64,000 bases of DNA from contig JBHGNT010000018.1 in assembly GCA_043228905.1 (NCBI GenBank), positions 14,570,001 to 14,634,000 on the forward strand, in the 5' to 3' direction. Made by a program: the position numbers and the translations under genes. Each line of letters starts with the position of its first letter. Position 1 is the first letter of the stretch. This DNA is from Azolla caroliniana (Eukaryota > Plantae > Polypodiophyta). The notes under the pieces were generated by a model. That model saw only the letters and a program-made list of their open reading frames with translations, was not told where the DNA came from and made no database searches. Below are positions 38,301 to 51,400 of this stretch, one piece after another.

Positions 38301-39373
38301 ACGGCGAGGATGAAGAACAAAGCCCGGTTCGACTGAACGCACCGGCTCCGGCCAAAGAAAATCGAGGAAGGCGACTGGGTGCTAGTCTACGACAACAGCC
38401 TCGACAACCAGCACCGGGCAACACGGAAGTTTGCCAAGCGGTGGTTCGGGCCTTACGTGGTGACGAGTGCCAACGACAACGGGACGTATCACCTGGCGGA
38501 ACTCGACGGTACGAGGATGGCGATACCGGTAGCAGGGAAGCGGATCAAAACGTTCAAGAAGCGCCACGACTGCGAACCGGATCTAAGAGGCCTGGACAGC
38601 GATGACGAACAGTCCGAAATGGAGGACGAACTGATGGACGAGGAACCGGAACCCGGACCGATTTTCTCCAACCAGAACCCAATTTTGGCGCATACCGGTG
38701 GATGCGCGGTTAGGTGGGGGCAGATGTCGTGAAGAAAACTGTCCCTTAGCGAAATCGGTGCATAGCGCGCGTGAACCGGCTCTTCACACATGCGCGCCCT
38801 TTAATGTATATAATAGAGAATTAAGTACAAAGGCATATCCTAGGTAGTTAGATTCGGTAGGTAGGAAGTTAAGGAGGGAAACGGCTCCCTTCTTGAAGCT
38901 ATAAGAGAGAGGGAGATGCGGGGGAAAAGGGATCGCGCATTGAGGAGGACGAAGTGCTGTCGGACCGTAATCGAACGCTTCTCCTCTGTTTGTTCTCTAT
39001 TGCTCTTCTTTGCAGGTTTTCGGGAGGCTTGCGCTGCTTCGAGGAACACCCGTGTGCTTCCGGCAGCACCTCCATCCTATCCCCTTTCGTGCGCAGACGA
39101 GCAGGCATCGACATCTTTTCGCCGTCCTGTTCGGTTGTAACCGCTCGCGTGCTCTGTTGTTTTGTGTCATTTGTTAACATACAAACATTCGTGTCACTCT
39201 GTCTCTGTGTCCATTCGTGTTTTCTGCGTTGACGGGCCGTGTCCCTGTGTTTCTTCGCTCATATGTAACCGGTCGTCTCTCTCTTTCTCTTTCCCCTCCT
39301 ATCACCTGCTCTTTGGTTCAAGACCCCGGTGGTCCCGCCTCGTTTCTCCACGCACGCGCGTAGTAACGAGACA
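32338..39373 (+). mobile_element. W1: full-length gypsy element (649-bp LTRs 32338-32986 and 38725-39373), PBS tRNA-Trp, 4-bp TSD CCGG
   Basis: Paired TGTCGTG...GAGACA LTRs. PBS TGGTGAACCCGACGTGAA at 32991-33008; purine tract AGGTGGGGGCAGA before the 3' LTR. Gag knuckle CMWCDEVGHIRKDC, PR LVDHGSEIN, RT LPQGGTNSV/FLDD, RNaseH VDTSPTGIG, IN GHRG..CESCQ. Removing the element and one CCGG restores the C2 frame (CLAG|KQNR). Confidence 0.95.
35149..35214 (+). promoter_or_regulatory. Putative -1 ribosomal frameshift signal (G GAT TTT plus pseudoknot) between gag-PR and RT in W1
   Basis: Heptamer directly before the ORF1 stop; pol is in the -1 frame. Stem GGGCTGTC/GACAGTCT begins 6 nt downstream, and loop GTGGGG is complementary to CCCCAC at 35209-35214. 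Confidence 0.65.
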
Positions 39374-42300
39374 CCGGCCAGACAATCAGTGCACTTCTCC
39401 AAGTGCACGTTCTTCACTGGAATGAGGTTGTCTTCTGCAAGCCTCTTCATCCCCTTCTCGCTCATGTGACACAACCTCTTGTGCCACAACTCACCGGTTG
39501 TGTCGGAAGCCATGTTCACTTCTTCCGGGCATAACCGGGCATTCATCAGGTACAATGTGTTTACCTTCCGGGCCCGAGCCACAATCAGGTTTCCTTTGCT
39601 GAACTTCATAACACCGTTCCGGATGCTACCCGTGTAGCCTTCATCATCTAGCCGACCGGCTGATATCAGGTTCAGATGAACCTCCGGAACGTGTCAGACA
39701 TCCTTTAGCAGTAGCTTGCATCCGGTTGGTGTTGTCAACCACACGTCTCCTATGCCGACAATTCGACATGTACCTTCATTCCCCATCCGGACACAACCGT
39801 GATCACCGGCTGAGTAGGATGAGAAGCATTTCTGGTCCGGGGTAAGGTGGAACGATGCTCCGGAGTCGACCACCCAGGTCATCTCATCGCCGGCAAGGTT
39901 TAGCTCACTCTCCACGGTGATGAGCATCAACTCTTCTTCACTTGCCGCGATTGCCGTCGTTCCCTTTCGGTCCGGCCCCCTCCGGTCTTTACCGTTCCGG
40001 TCCGGTGTCCGCTTCGAATTGGTACCGTCGGTTTCCTTGTCTTTTCGGAAGTGCCGACAGTTCTTTTGGAAGTGTCCCGGCTTGCCGCAATAGAAGCAAG
40101 TAGGCCTCCCCCTTGACTTTGACCTGTCCCCGACTTTTCCCGGTTCTAGGGGCTACGGTTCCTTTGTCTTCCGCGTTCCGATTCGGTAAGGAGCGCTTTG
40201 GAGTCAGAGCTCGTATCCTTATATTTCTGACGCGCCTCCTCATCTAGCAAGCTCGACTTCATTCTTGCTAGGGATAACCGTTTCCCTTCCGGCCCGACGT
40301 TGCCCAAAGTGACAACCAACGTCTCCCAGCGATCTGGGAGGGAACTGAGCAGGAGTAGCGCTAGTACCTCATCGGCGAGAGGTACTTCCAATGATGTTGC
40401 CTAGTGGATCAGCCCCTGGAAGGCATTCATGTGCTCCGCCATGCTGGAGCCATCTTGGTACCAGAGTCTTAATAGCTTCCGAAATACCGAAACTTGATTA
40501 ACAACATTTTTGTTTTGAAACATAATGCCGATCTTCTCCCAGAGCTCATGAGCCTTGCTCTCTTCATTGAAGTTGTTGTATAGGTTCATGTTGATGAAGC
40601 ACCGTATGTAAGCCGTTGTCTTCATGTGCATCACCTCCCATATCGTGGCGTCGATTTTGTCTGGTCTCTTGTCCCCAAACTGAACTGGCAACCAAAGATC
40701 TTTAACCACGACCATGTCCCTCATCTTCGACTTCCACACGGAATAGTTGGAGCCGGTGATCTTGAACATGCCTCCCAACGATTCGTCCATTTTATGTGTC
40801 GTTTTGCTCTGATACCACTTTGACAGGAACACACGCTCCGGATGAACAATGCTCGGCCACAACCAAGCCTAGGATAAAACATAGAAAACTGGTAATGAAC
40901 GCACGACACAGTGAAGAGAAGAGTACACAGGATGTTAACATGGAAAACCCAAACTAGGGAAAAACCACGACAGCCCACAGACTGCAAACTATCACTATAT
41001 TAGAATGTACAATAGTAAAGCACCAAAGCAACGACCTCAAGCTTGCTATCTTCGCCACAGGCGGCGGTTACAACAGAGGCAACGACCTCTTCCTCTCTCT
41101 CACTCTCTTTGTACACAGTTACGCGCTCTAATCTCTCACCAACAAGAATGACAACCACGGTACTAAGTTTGCCCTAAGTCATATTTATACTAATATGACT
41201 TTTTGGCTATTTACAAATATAGCCCTGATGGACTCTCAGAAACATATTTATGAATATGTCCCTTCATCCGGTGAGCACTCCTCACCGGGCCTGCATCATC
41301 CGGCGCTTGCCGGGCACATGTCATCCGGTTCTCACCGGGTCTTCTGTTGTCGGGTACTCCACATCCGGTTCTGGCCTCGGCCTATTGGCCTCAGCCGAGT
41401 TTGCTCATCATCACTGTTCTTTTCACTTCCCATCCGGAGGAACCTGTTTCCTAACACTGTTGACCATCATTCGGCGAGTGCTGAAACTGTCGTGAGTCTT
41501 TCAGTTTGTAGAATTTTTTATTTTTATACTGGTTCTGCTTAAACCGTCCTCCATTTTGTTGTTGCTGATTCATATTCGGTGATACTGAGAATTCTTGATT
41601 TTGTTGAAAATCTTGATTGTGCTGAAAATTACTTTGTTGGAAAGATTGATTATTTTGTTGAAAACCTGGATTCTGCTAGAATTTATTTTGTTGAAAAGCT
41701 TGATTGTTTTGAAAATTATTTTGTGGAGATTGTGGAAAACTAGTTTGTTGGTATCCATTATTGAACGAATTCTGTTTATTGTGGTACCCATTTTCCAGAA
41801 AAATTTGTCTTATTGAAGCCGTTGTTTTATTAAGCAAGTTATACTCACATTACTCGACTGAATGAAGTTTAGAATGACATATTGTGCAATGTGTCCGCAG
41901 ACTACACTCGATCGTCAAATGACCGGTATTTAAACAAGTAGTACATTGAACTGCTTGTCGAAATTGTAACTCCTCCATCGTTGGCAATGTACGATTTAGT
42001 GATGACATATCCATACTTTGTACATTTATTGGCTGTCGGCCCATAGCGATTGCCTTATCAATCACGTGCTCGATATTCTGATTCCGGAAATCGAACACCT
42101 TTAGTGTTGTTTGTAATGGTTCCCGAATTGCTTCAAGGAATACATCCTTCAATTCATCGTCCGGAATAGGCTTGGAAATTTGCAGTTGCAAATTTTGAAA
42201 ACGGATCACGAATTGAGACACCGTTTCCTACTGCTCTTGATACAACGCATAAAATTGCGCTATCAAGTCTTTTTGAGGTATTTGACGATGAAATAACTTC

Positions 42301-43246
42301 AGAAATTTGCTGTTCAATTGTTTGAATGTTTCGAACCTACGGAGACCATTTTGCGCAAACCAATTGGCGGAATAACCCTCTAATGACAAAACGAACTCAG
42401 CAATCTTCAACTTATCTTCGGCGATCACCGACAGTCTCTGAGCTCCATGGTTAATCTCCCATGTTGTTAGAAAGTCCTGCACATGCGCTTTTGCATCAAC
42501 TCCCTCGCGGAACTTTGAGTATGGATAAGGCATATTGTCCTCACTCCAAATATCGTAAAATGATACCTCTTCTGGCTGATTTTCGTTGGAAGACTGGCTA
42601 TCAGTTAAATCAGGAAGTACCGACCACCTTTTACTTGTTTCCTGTTGTAAGCCCTCAACCGATTCTGTCTGTATTGTCTTCGTAACAGAACGTGTACGAG
42701 GACGTTTACAACCGACTGGTGTATTCGGACCAGATGACATCCATTCTTCTTGTTCTCTGCTATGTGCAGATGTAACCGGGCGTGCCAAAATTATACTGTG
42801 TTGTTCGGTCGACAATTGCTATTTTGCCGACACAGTATAAGACGAATGTTCGAGTCGAACGTTCTATCAAGAAGTTGTGGTTAGACAAATAGATACGAAT
42901 TAGCTATAAACTTATCGATGATAATAGACACCGAGATCATGACTTATGTAATATAGCTTAAATAGACATAACAGATGACAAGAAGTAATCCGTACACAGA
43001 TATTTCCTAACAACCTTATATTACTAAATACAATGATAGATTTTTACAATGCCTTCGGTTCCTTTTATAGGTAACCTGAAGGTCTTTTCTCATCAAGAAA
43101 TCCTACTGCTTATACTTAACAAGAACTACAAAACTTCATAACTAACTATGTCTTATTCGGCTATTTGCTGAGTCATCGATCCGAACTGTCGATCCGACTC
43201 CGAACATCTTTCCTATACCGACACATTCATACTTGTCTGAGTAACA

Positions 43247-46200
43247 CTCCTTTTGCTCCAAGCCTAGTTCGGTGAGAAAATTTCTCATCTAGATCAGCTC
43301 TTTTTCGGCTTCTACCGTTGCCATAAACTCTACCTCTGTAGTCGATAAGGCTACAGACTTCTGTAGTCGTGACTGCCACGACATTGCTCCCCCTGCATAG
43401 GTCATCACGTACCCTGACGTGGATCGGCTCGAGTCGACATCTCCGGACATGTCCGAATCGGTAAAACCTTCCAGCACAGGTTTTCCAACACCATACCTTA
43501 GGCACACCTCCGAGGTGCCTTTCAAGTACTTGAGTATCCACTTCATCGCTGCCTAGTGTTCTCTCCTTGGATTACTCATATATCGGCTTACTGCTCCCAC
43601 AACAAATGCTATGTCCGGTCTCGTACAGACCATAGCATACATTAGACTGCCGATGGCTGAGGCATATGGTACCTTCCTCATCTCAGACTTCTCCTTCTAT
43701 CCTTTCGGACACTGCTTCGCATTCAATCTGCAATTTTTTGGTAACACGGAGTCGACCGACTTTGCGTTCGACATGTTGAACCTCTCTAGGATCTTCGTCA
43801 CATACTTCTACTATGACAGCCATAACATCTTCCAAGCTTTGCCTCGGGTTATGTGCATTCCTAGGATTTGCTTTGCCGGTTCAAGGTCTTTCGCGACAAA
43901 TGATTTGTCGAGAGCTTTCTTCAAGCTTCCAATCTTCCTTGCATCTTGGCCGACTATCAACATATCATCAACATATAGCAAGAGAATCAAGAAATCTCCT
44001 TCCTCGTACCTTTTTATGAACACACAATGATCAACCTGTGTTTTCTAGAACTGATGTTCCATCATGAAGGACTCGAATTTCTTGTACCATTGGCGTGGAG
44101 CTTGTTTCAGTCCGTACAAGCTTTTCCTCAGTTGACACACCAGATTCTCTTTCCCTTTCTCCTCAAAGCCTTCGGGTTGATGCATGTAGATCTCTTCGTC
44201 TAACTCCCCGTGCAGAAATGCGGTTTTGACATCCAACTGTTCGATCTCCAGATCCATGCTGGCCGCTATGCTCAGAACAGTTCGTATGGATGTCATCTTC
44301 ACAATTGGTGCGAATATTTCGTCGAAGTCGACACCCTTCCTTTGTTGGAAACCCTTCACCACTATGCGGGCTTTATACTTGGGCTCGCTGTCAACTTCTA
44401 CAGTCTTCACCTTGTAGAACCATTTATTCCTGAGTGCTCTCTTACCTTTCGACAGCTCTATTAGGTCGTAGGTGTAGTTTGCATGCAAGGATTCCATCTC
44501 CTCTTGCATCATGTTCAACCATTTTTCTCTGCTCCCGTCGGCAATGGCTTCTTCATAGCACTCCGGTTCACTGTCATCAGTCAAGAGGATGTATTGACTG
44601 GCATATGTAATTGGTGCCTTCCTTTCTCTGAGTGGGTACCTTCGTCCACTCGCTGTTGGCTCTATTTTGGATGTCTCTGCCAACTCTTCTCTTTGCTCGG
44701 GATTCTGCTCATCAATCGGCATCTCCAGGTTGGACAACTCCAACTCATATTCCTCAATTGATTTTAGCAGCTCTGCCGACTCTGACTCATAGTCTGTCGG
44801 TCTTTCCGAGTCGACCGACTCGGATTCGGCTCTGTTGGCTAGCTGTCTCTTACAGCTATTGGTGACGACTCATTTGGCCTTAAGTCGATGGTAGTCGAGG
44901 TTGACTAGGGAGTCGGTTCCGACTTCTGTTGCTTCCAGTCTTCAATTGTCTTGTCTTCTAGAAAGACTACATCCCGACTTCTCACTACCTTCTTATTGAT
45001 TAAGCCCCACAGCCTGTAGCCGAACTCATCTTCTGAGTATCCAATGAATATGCATGCTTTCGTCTTGCTGTCGAGGTTTGACCTCTGATCCTTTGGTACA
45101 TGCATATACGCCAAGCATCCGAACACCCTCAGGTGTTGGTAGGAGACATCCTTCCCTATCCACACCCTCTGTGGAACATCACCCTTTAATGGTACTGAGG
45201 GAGACCTGTTGATAAGATAGACAGATGTGTACATCACCTCAGCCAAATAGGATTTCGACAGTTTTGCATGAGAGAGCATGCTCCTTACTCTCTCCATGAT
45301 CATTCGATTCATCCTCTCTGCAAGCCCATTCAACTTTGGGGTCTTTGCCATTGTATATTCGATCCGAATACCTTGGCACTTGCAGTATTCTTCGAAGTGC
45401 CCTTTGTACTCGCCACCGTTGTCGGTTCAGACAACCTTCAATTTCTGACCCGACTCTCTTTCAGCTCTTGCTTGGAACTACTTGAAAACCGATAGTACTT
45501 GATCCTTCGTCTTCAGTACGAAGGTCCATGTCTTCCGACTATGGTCGTTAATGAATGTCACGAAGTATTGTCCACCTCAATGTGATGGAGCATCCACATA
45601 GCACACATCCGTGTGCACTAGTTCCAGTGCAACTTCCCTTCTCCTCGGTGGTCTCGTGTGGAATGCCGCCCTGTTCTGCTTTCCGGCTAAGCAGTCGACA
45701 CACTTCTCCAGGTGCACTCCCTTGACTTCTGGTAGAAGTTTCTGGTCTGCTAACAGGTGCATTCCCTTCTCACTCATGTGGCCTAGCCTCTTATGCCATA
45801 TCTCCCCTATCGAGTCGGCTGCCACGTTTACTTCCGATTTGCACAATCGGGCATGCATCATGTACAATGTGCCTTCTTTCTGTGCTCGGGCCACTATGAG
45901 ATTTCCTCGGTAGAACTTCCACTTGCCATTCCGAAAGCTACCACTATAGCCTGCGTCATCAAGCCTTCCAGTTGATATCAGATTCAATCTGATATCAGGG
46001 ACGTGTCGAACATCCTTCAATGTTAGTCGACACCCTATCGACGTCGTTAAGCATACACTTCCGACTCCGGTTATCTTGCACCTTCCACTATCACCCATCT
46101 TTACATAGCCATGATCCCCAACTATGTAAGTCGAGAAATACTCTCTCGACGAAGTAATATGGAAGGATGCGCCGGAGTCGATCATCCACGTGCAATCTTC

Positions 46201-47632
46201 ACTTGCAAGATTTGCACTCATTTGTTCACAAATGAACAAGAGTTCTTCATTGCTCATAGCAATGGCCAAAGTGTTCTTTTCATCTAGAATCTTCCGGGGT
46301 TCGACATTGTTTCCGACAGACTTATCTTTCTTCATGTGTCGGCAGTCCTTCTGTAAGTGTCCAGGTTTTCAACAATAAAAGCACACAAGCTTACCTCTGG
46401 CGTGGGATTTGTCCGTTCGCTGGTCCCTTCCTCTGTCCATATGTTGAGTCAGATTTGACTCCGTTTGGGACATGACTCCTTTGTCTTTCCTCCTTGCCTC
46501 CTCGTTTAGGATGCTTGTCTTCACCGTCTATAAAGACAAGTTCTCTTCTTGACAGGAGGTGTTGAGAGTAACCACCAGGTTCTCCTAGCTTTCCGGTAGT
46601 GTGCACATCAGCAAGATGACCTGCATTGCATCATCTAGGGGGAACTTGGTCGCCGCAAGTTGATTTACATACCCCATAAATGTGCTGATGTTTTCGACGA
46701 TGCTCTCACCGTCTCTGTATTTCAGTCGTACAATCTTTCTCATTAGCGAGGTTCTTTTTAGCGCGTTCTTCCTCTCGTACAGACCCGATAGCTTCTGCCA
46801 CATCTCGTGGGCATTCGTGTCATTTGCCACATGTTGAAGAACACTTACATCAACACATTGTCGGATTGTGGCCACTGCCTTCTTGTTCAGAAGCTTCCAG
46901 TCCGACTCCAATACCCCCCTGGGTATTTCTGCTCTATCGACTGGCTCGTACAAGTCTTTAACTATGAGAAGGTCTTCCATCTTTATCTTCCAGTCTGCAT
47001 AGTTCTGTGAGTTCAGAACTATCATACTTGGGAAACCACTAACACCTCCTTCCATGCTTGTACCTCAAGCTCTGATACCCGATTGTTGAGAAATCGTTGC
47101 GAAATATAAATCACAATGAAGGAACTACGCGCTGAAATACGAATCACAGAAATATGCCAAGAAAAAGACAAGATGAACAATGGTGCACAGAGATTTACGT
47201 GGAAACCCTAAAACGGGGAAAACCACGGGTGAACAGAATCTTCACTATATAAAGTGGATATACAACACCGAGACAAATACAACACTCTGTCGAGTGTATC
47301 AGCTGCACATGGCTCTTCACATCTGTAGTTACTCACACAACTATGGCGCAGCTCACACACTCTCACTCTCTCTCTCTCGTTCTACAACTATTGTTCTTAC
47401 ATTGTTCCACACAGTTAAAGTTTGCCCTAGTTGCATATATACTTACACAACTTTTCTGGCTATTTACATACGTAGCCCTCATGGGGCGCACTCTTAGACT
47501 ATTTACAATTATAGTCTCCCGAGTTGGCTATATACACGATTCCGGTTTCAGCCTTGGCCAATCGGCCTCGGCCGAGTCCCTCATCAATTCGGCTCCTCTC
47601 TCTCCGCATCCGGAGAGACCTGTTTCCTAACA
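43247..47632 (-). mobile_element. C3: 3'-truncated Ty1/copia element (5' LTR 47084-47632, PBS-Met variant 47069-47080)
   Basis: Gag NYADWKIKMEDLL, PR WMIDSGAS, IN, RT QLDVKTAFLHG/LLYVDDML, RNase H start. Its LTR shares the acctgtttcctaaca terminus with C2. Confidence 0.9.
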
Positions 47633-47692
47633 TCATCATCATTATTATTACTATAATAATAATAGTCGAATCTTCAAACAATCGACTCACTG

Positions 47693-47731
47693 TTTTCGAC
47701 TCTTCGACTCTTCGACTCTTCAACTCTTCGA
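47693..47731. repeat. 8-bp tandem repeat (TCTTCGAC)x~5
   Basis: Directly visible; probably part of an unresolved retroelement remnant at 47633-47986. Confidence 0.7.
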
Positions 47732-48458
47732 CTGTCGGTTTTCTGAACAGTCGGATCTTCCCTGTCATCGACAGTCAGCTTTTTGATCAGTCGGTTCTTC
47801 CTCCCACTGGAGTGACATATTCCCAACATTCCTTCCCCAACGAGTATCCCCCAATCAATAGCTTCGCTTCGATATGCCGCGATGATTAAGCTGACCCTTT
47901 TCTTTGGTACGCTATATGTATTGGCGGTCATGCATCCAAACTCCAAAAGGATATGGGCCTCCATGCGTGCGATGGGCCTTCACAGATGTTACCGATTAGG
48001 AACACGGTCTATGGTCAGTCCTTCGACCTAGACCTCAAAGTGACTGCGTTGCAACGAATGGTACCCTCGTACCGTAATACGTAATGGGATACCTCCCCGT
48101 ATCCTAGTAGCGTATAAGGGAGACGTCTACAACCGAACTCCTTAGACAGTGCAGTAGTAACAACACTCGTACTCACGTCTATGCCCTTACGATTACAATA
48201 CGCCACCAAGATTCACAGAAACACAGTAGATTAACCACAGATATGCACAGGAATCAGAGAAGATAGTACTCTATTAAGATAACGCTCTATGCACCCAAAT
48301 TTACATGTTACCTCTTACAGAGGATTTTTGCCCTTTATATACATAGGGTCTTTTAGCCGTTCACGCTTCCCGTGTGAACTGTTACGTGCGTTACATTTTT
48401 ACTATATTATATATTTCTGCGCTCCTATCCGTCGGTTACTATTCCGGCAGACAACACC

Positions 48459-48499
48459 TAGCACGCCTGTGGGACAATGCCATGGCACGTCGGACCCAC
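48459..48499 (-). other. tRNA-3'-half-like motif in place of the PPT (G4, decayed)
   Basis: Minus strand reads GTGGGTCCGA CGTGCCATGGCATT GTCCCAC AGGCGTGCTA, then GG, then the LTR. Confidence 0.72.
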
Positions 48500-51400
48500 C
48501 CCTTTAATCTTCCTCCAAAATGGCCCGGATGTTCGGTTCTGCCTCGATGTCCAGGTTCGGGGATGGTGTAGTGTCTGTAGGCGCGTCGTTGCATGGTTCC
48601 AGTACTTGCTCGGTAGGGTTTTCCATGGTGCCGTTGGCTTCTTGTGTGGGCGGTCCGGGCTCCGTTGGCTCATCCTGTTCTACTGTGGCTGGCTCAGCCA
48701 TCGGCGGGCTCTCAGTAGATCGAGGTTCTGTCTCATTCGTAACCTCCTTCGTGATGCCGGCCATAGTCGTACGCTCTGGTGAATGGGGCTGAGGTTCCTC
48801 CTAGTCAACAGTCTCACTTTCTGGTATCGCGGGGGGCTCCGCTTGCTGTTCCATGCTGCCCACTTGTTAATTCCGGTGACGTGGGCTGAGGTTCCTCTCG
48901 TTCGGCAATATCCTTTACCGATATCGCGATGGATTCCGTGTTGGGTTGCGTGCCACCGGCTTGCATGATTTGGTGAAATAGGTCCTCTTGACTTTCGCCA
49001 AAATCGTCTAGTAGCTACTCGAGTTCCTCTGAGTGTTGGTCCGCTAACGTGCGATAATCCTGCGCTAGGTCCTCGCGTACTGCTGCAATGCTTTCCTCAT
49101 TGAGTTTGTAGAACCCTCGGCCGTCTTTTCTTCGGTTCTCCCAGTTCGCCCGATATGTATGCAACTCCGCCACTTGTGTGGCCCACACCATCTAGCCTTT
49201 GTCTAGCGCCGCTTGTAATTGCGCCGTAAACCTCTCCCGATTTGTTTGAAGAAGTATGCGCATGTTGTCAGTTATTGCTTGGCAACAATTGCGTGCTTCT
49301 TCTATGGTTTTCTTGAGGTTTTTGATTTCTTGTTTATTGACCGCCGTTGATTCCTCATAATTGCTCCTCATTCCTACCCATAGTTGAGATTCCTTCGAAT
49401 GTAATTCCTCTAGCTTTCCCATTTCATTGTTCAGGCGGATTTCGAGCTGATGCCTTCTCGCCTCTTCCCGTACAAGCTACTCGTCGAACCATGCTTTCTT
49501 CTTTTCCATTAACGCCCGGAGTCCCGTGATCGCCGTTTCTGATTTTTGCTTCCTCCCGTAGTTTGGCGTTTTCTTCTTTCGTGCGGGTGTGCTGTGCTGC
49601 CTCTGTTACGAGTTTCTCTTCAAGGGTCTTAACTGCCTTTCGGCCGTTGGCACGGATGTCCTTTTCTCTGTCCAAGGACTGGGGAAGTTCGGAGCTGAGG
49701 CAGTCAATCTCCGATTCCGCCAGTTGCACGACCCTTTTTGCTTTCGAGGCAATGGCGGTCTGTGCTTCTATCTCTTCTTTCGGGGCCTTGACGGCGTTGT
49801 CTGTTGGTTGAGCTGCCTGCTACGCTGTAGTCGCATTACGTTCCAACTCCGCGATGCGTTCGTTGGCCTTTTGTAGCTCGGCTTGGACCAGTTAAGCCGT
49901 TTTCCAAACATTTTTATTTTTGATCGCCATATCCTTGGCGCCAATACTGACCTTAGCCAGTTCCTTATGAACCTCGATGAGGGCCGCGTTTAATGGGGGT
50001 AGTTCCATCCCCATTCGGTGTATACCGGCGTTTCGCTGTCTACCGACTCTGCCTAGCTGCTCCTCGTCATCACTTTCCGCCGTTTGTGTTAGCGCACGCT
50101 CGATCATTTGTCACTCTGCGTGCTCCTTGGCCATTCGTTGGGAGACTTTTATTTGTTATGTTGCCAAAAATTCCATGAGTTCAAAAGTAGTTCCGAACTG
50201 TAATAGTGCGCCGAAATCATGGGCCATGTCCGGAATGTTTGGATACGCCAAGACCTCGCTTTCCGCCATAAATATGCCTTTCCCCTGTTGTGACGGGGCC
50301 GAAATGATCGGCCATGGTTCCTGGATTATTTCGAAGGTGGTGTTGGGCTCCGTAGCTACGGAGTTGTTGACCACGGTGGTCGTCTCTGTGGCCGCGAGTG
50401 TGTCTTTAACTAATCCGCGCCCATCTTTCCTATCCAGCCTTCGCCGTTTCGGCCTCGGGCTGCCCGGACGTTGCTCGGCTTCCTGCTCCTGCAGAGCTTC
50501 CTCCCTGTGCTTCGCCCATTCCTCCTATGTTGTTCGCGTGCTAGGCTGGGTTGATTGGGGTTCATCCTCCCATTCTGTGGTGGCCAACTCAGCTAACCTT
50601 CGTTTCGCGGATCGTGGCGGCGGCGTGGGTTTGCTGGGCTGTGGTGCGAGTAGTCCTCGGGGTGGGAATAGTATCGTCAGATACTGTTGTATGATTGGCC
50701 TTAGCTTTTTGCCGCCTTGATACGCGTGCAGGCCTTCCCGCAATGCTGGTCCCGTAATGACCCCTCAATCGACCGTGCGCCCTTCGAAGGTATCAATGAT
50801 GATACCTGCCTTCCGCTTGGGCATCCCATAGGCATTTATATGCACGCATCCGATCTCCAACAGGAACTTGGCTATTTCGTGAAAGATTTGGTCGGGGATT
50901 TCCCTCGTCCTGTATGCCTTGGCGGACGTCGAATATGGCCCGAAATATCTCTGCAAAGTTTCCCCAGGTGGGATTTTGAAATGTCTTTCTCCTAGCGATG
51001 ACAGGTCAAGCTTCTTCTGGATGGATGTGTTGGTGATCGTGTCGATATTAAGCTTCCTAGCAATGTCCTGGGCTTCAGGGTGAAGGGGGCACCTCGACAA
51101 CTTTGATGTATCCATCCAGGCGTTTCTTGACGAGCCATCGACGCAGGGCGGCAGAAATAGGGATAGGCTTAGTACAAGGGTGAGATTCGTGGTTAGTGGG
51201 TGAGGACTGCTGGCTATGGCGAACTTGAGCTCTGTGGTAGGATGGAGAGGAGGGGAGTGAGGGGAGAGATGAGAGCAATGAGAGTTAGAAGGTTGGTTTC
51301 TGTATTGTGCAGAAAACCTTCTATTTTCTTCTTTTTGAAGCCTAGGGTTCATTGATCGGTGAGCCATCGTGGTGCCGTGTGTTCTTGGCCTAGAAGTTTG

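Larger units (their letters stand above)
29075..41456 (-). mobile_element. C2: full-length Ty1/copia element (LTRs 29075-29695 and 40821-41456), TSD CTGTT, interrupted by W1
   Basis: Paired LTRs, PBS-Met 40806-40817 and PPT GAAGGGGGAG at ~29698-29707. Gag-PR (WVVDSGAS)-IN (GLAERMN)-RT (QLDVKTAFLHG, LLYVDDML)-RNaseH in copia order, with many stops. CTGTT at 29070-29074 and 41457-41461. Confidence 0.95.
26521..43223 (-). mobile_element. G3: 3'-truncated gypsy element (5' LTR 42799-43223, PBS TGGCACGCCCGGT, gag ~41460-42740, PR-RT-RNaseH 26521-29070), interrupted by C2
   Basis: Gag CTTCLNTGHLTIEC; protease IIDGDSGVNVIN; RT AFPLPFTDSILDAV..FLDGFSGYNQ..FLDDF; RNase H ends at KLARWTLLLQEF. PBS at ~42775-42787. 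Confidence 0.88.

Noticed and set aside
23465-43223. G2 and G3 as a single element
   Set aside because: Their LTRs do not match, and a copia LTR stub separates them.
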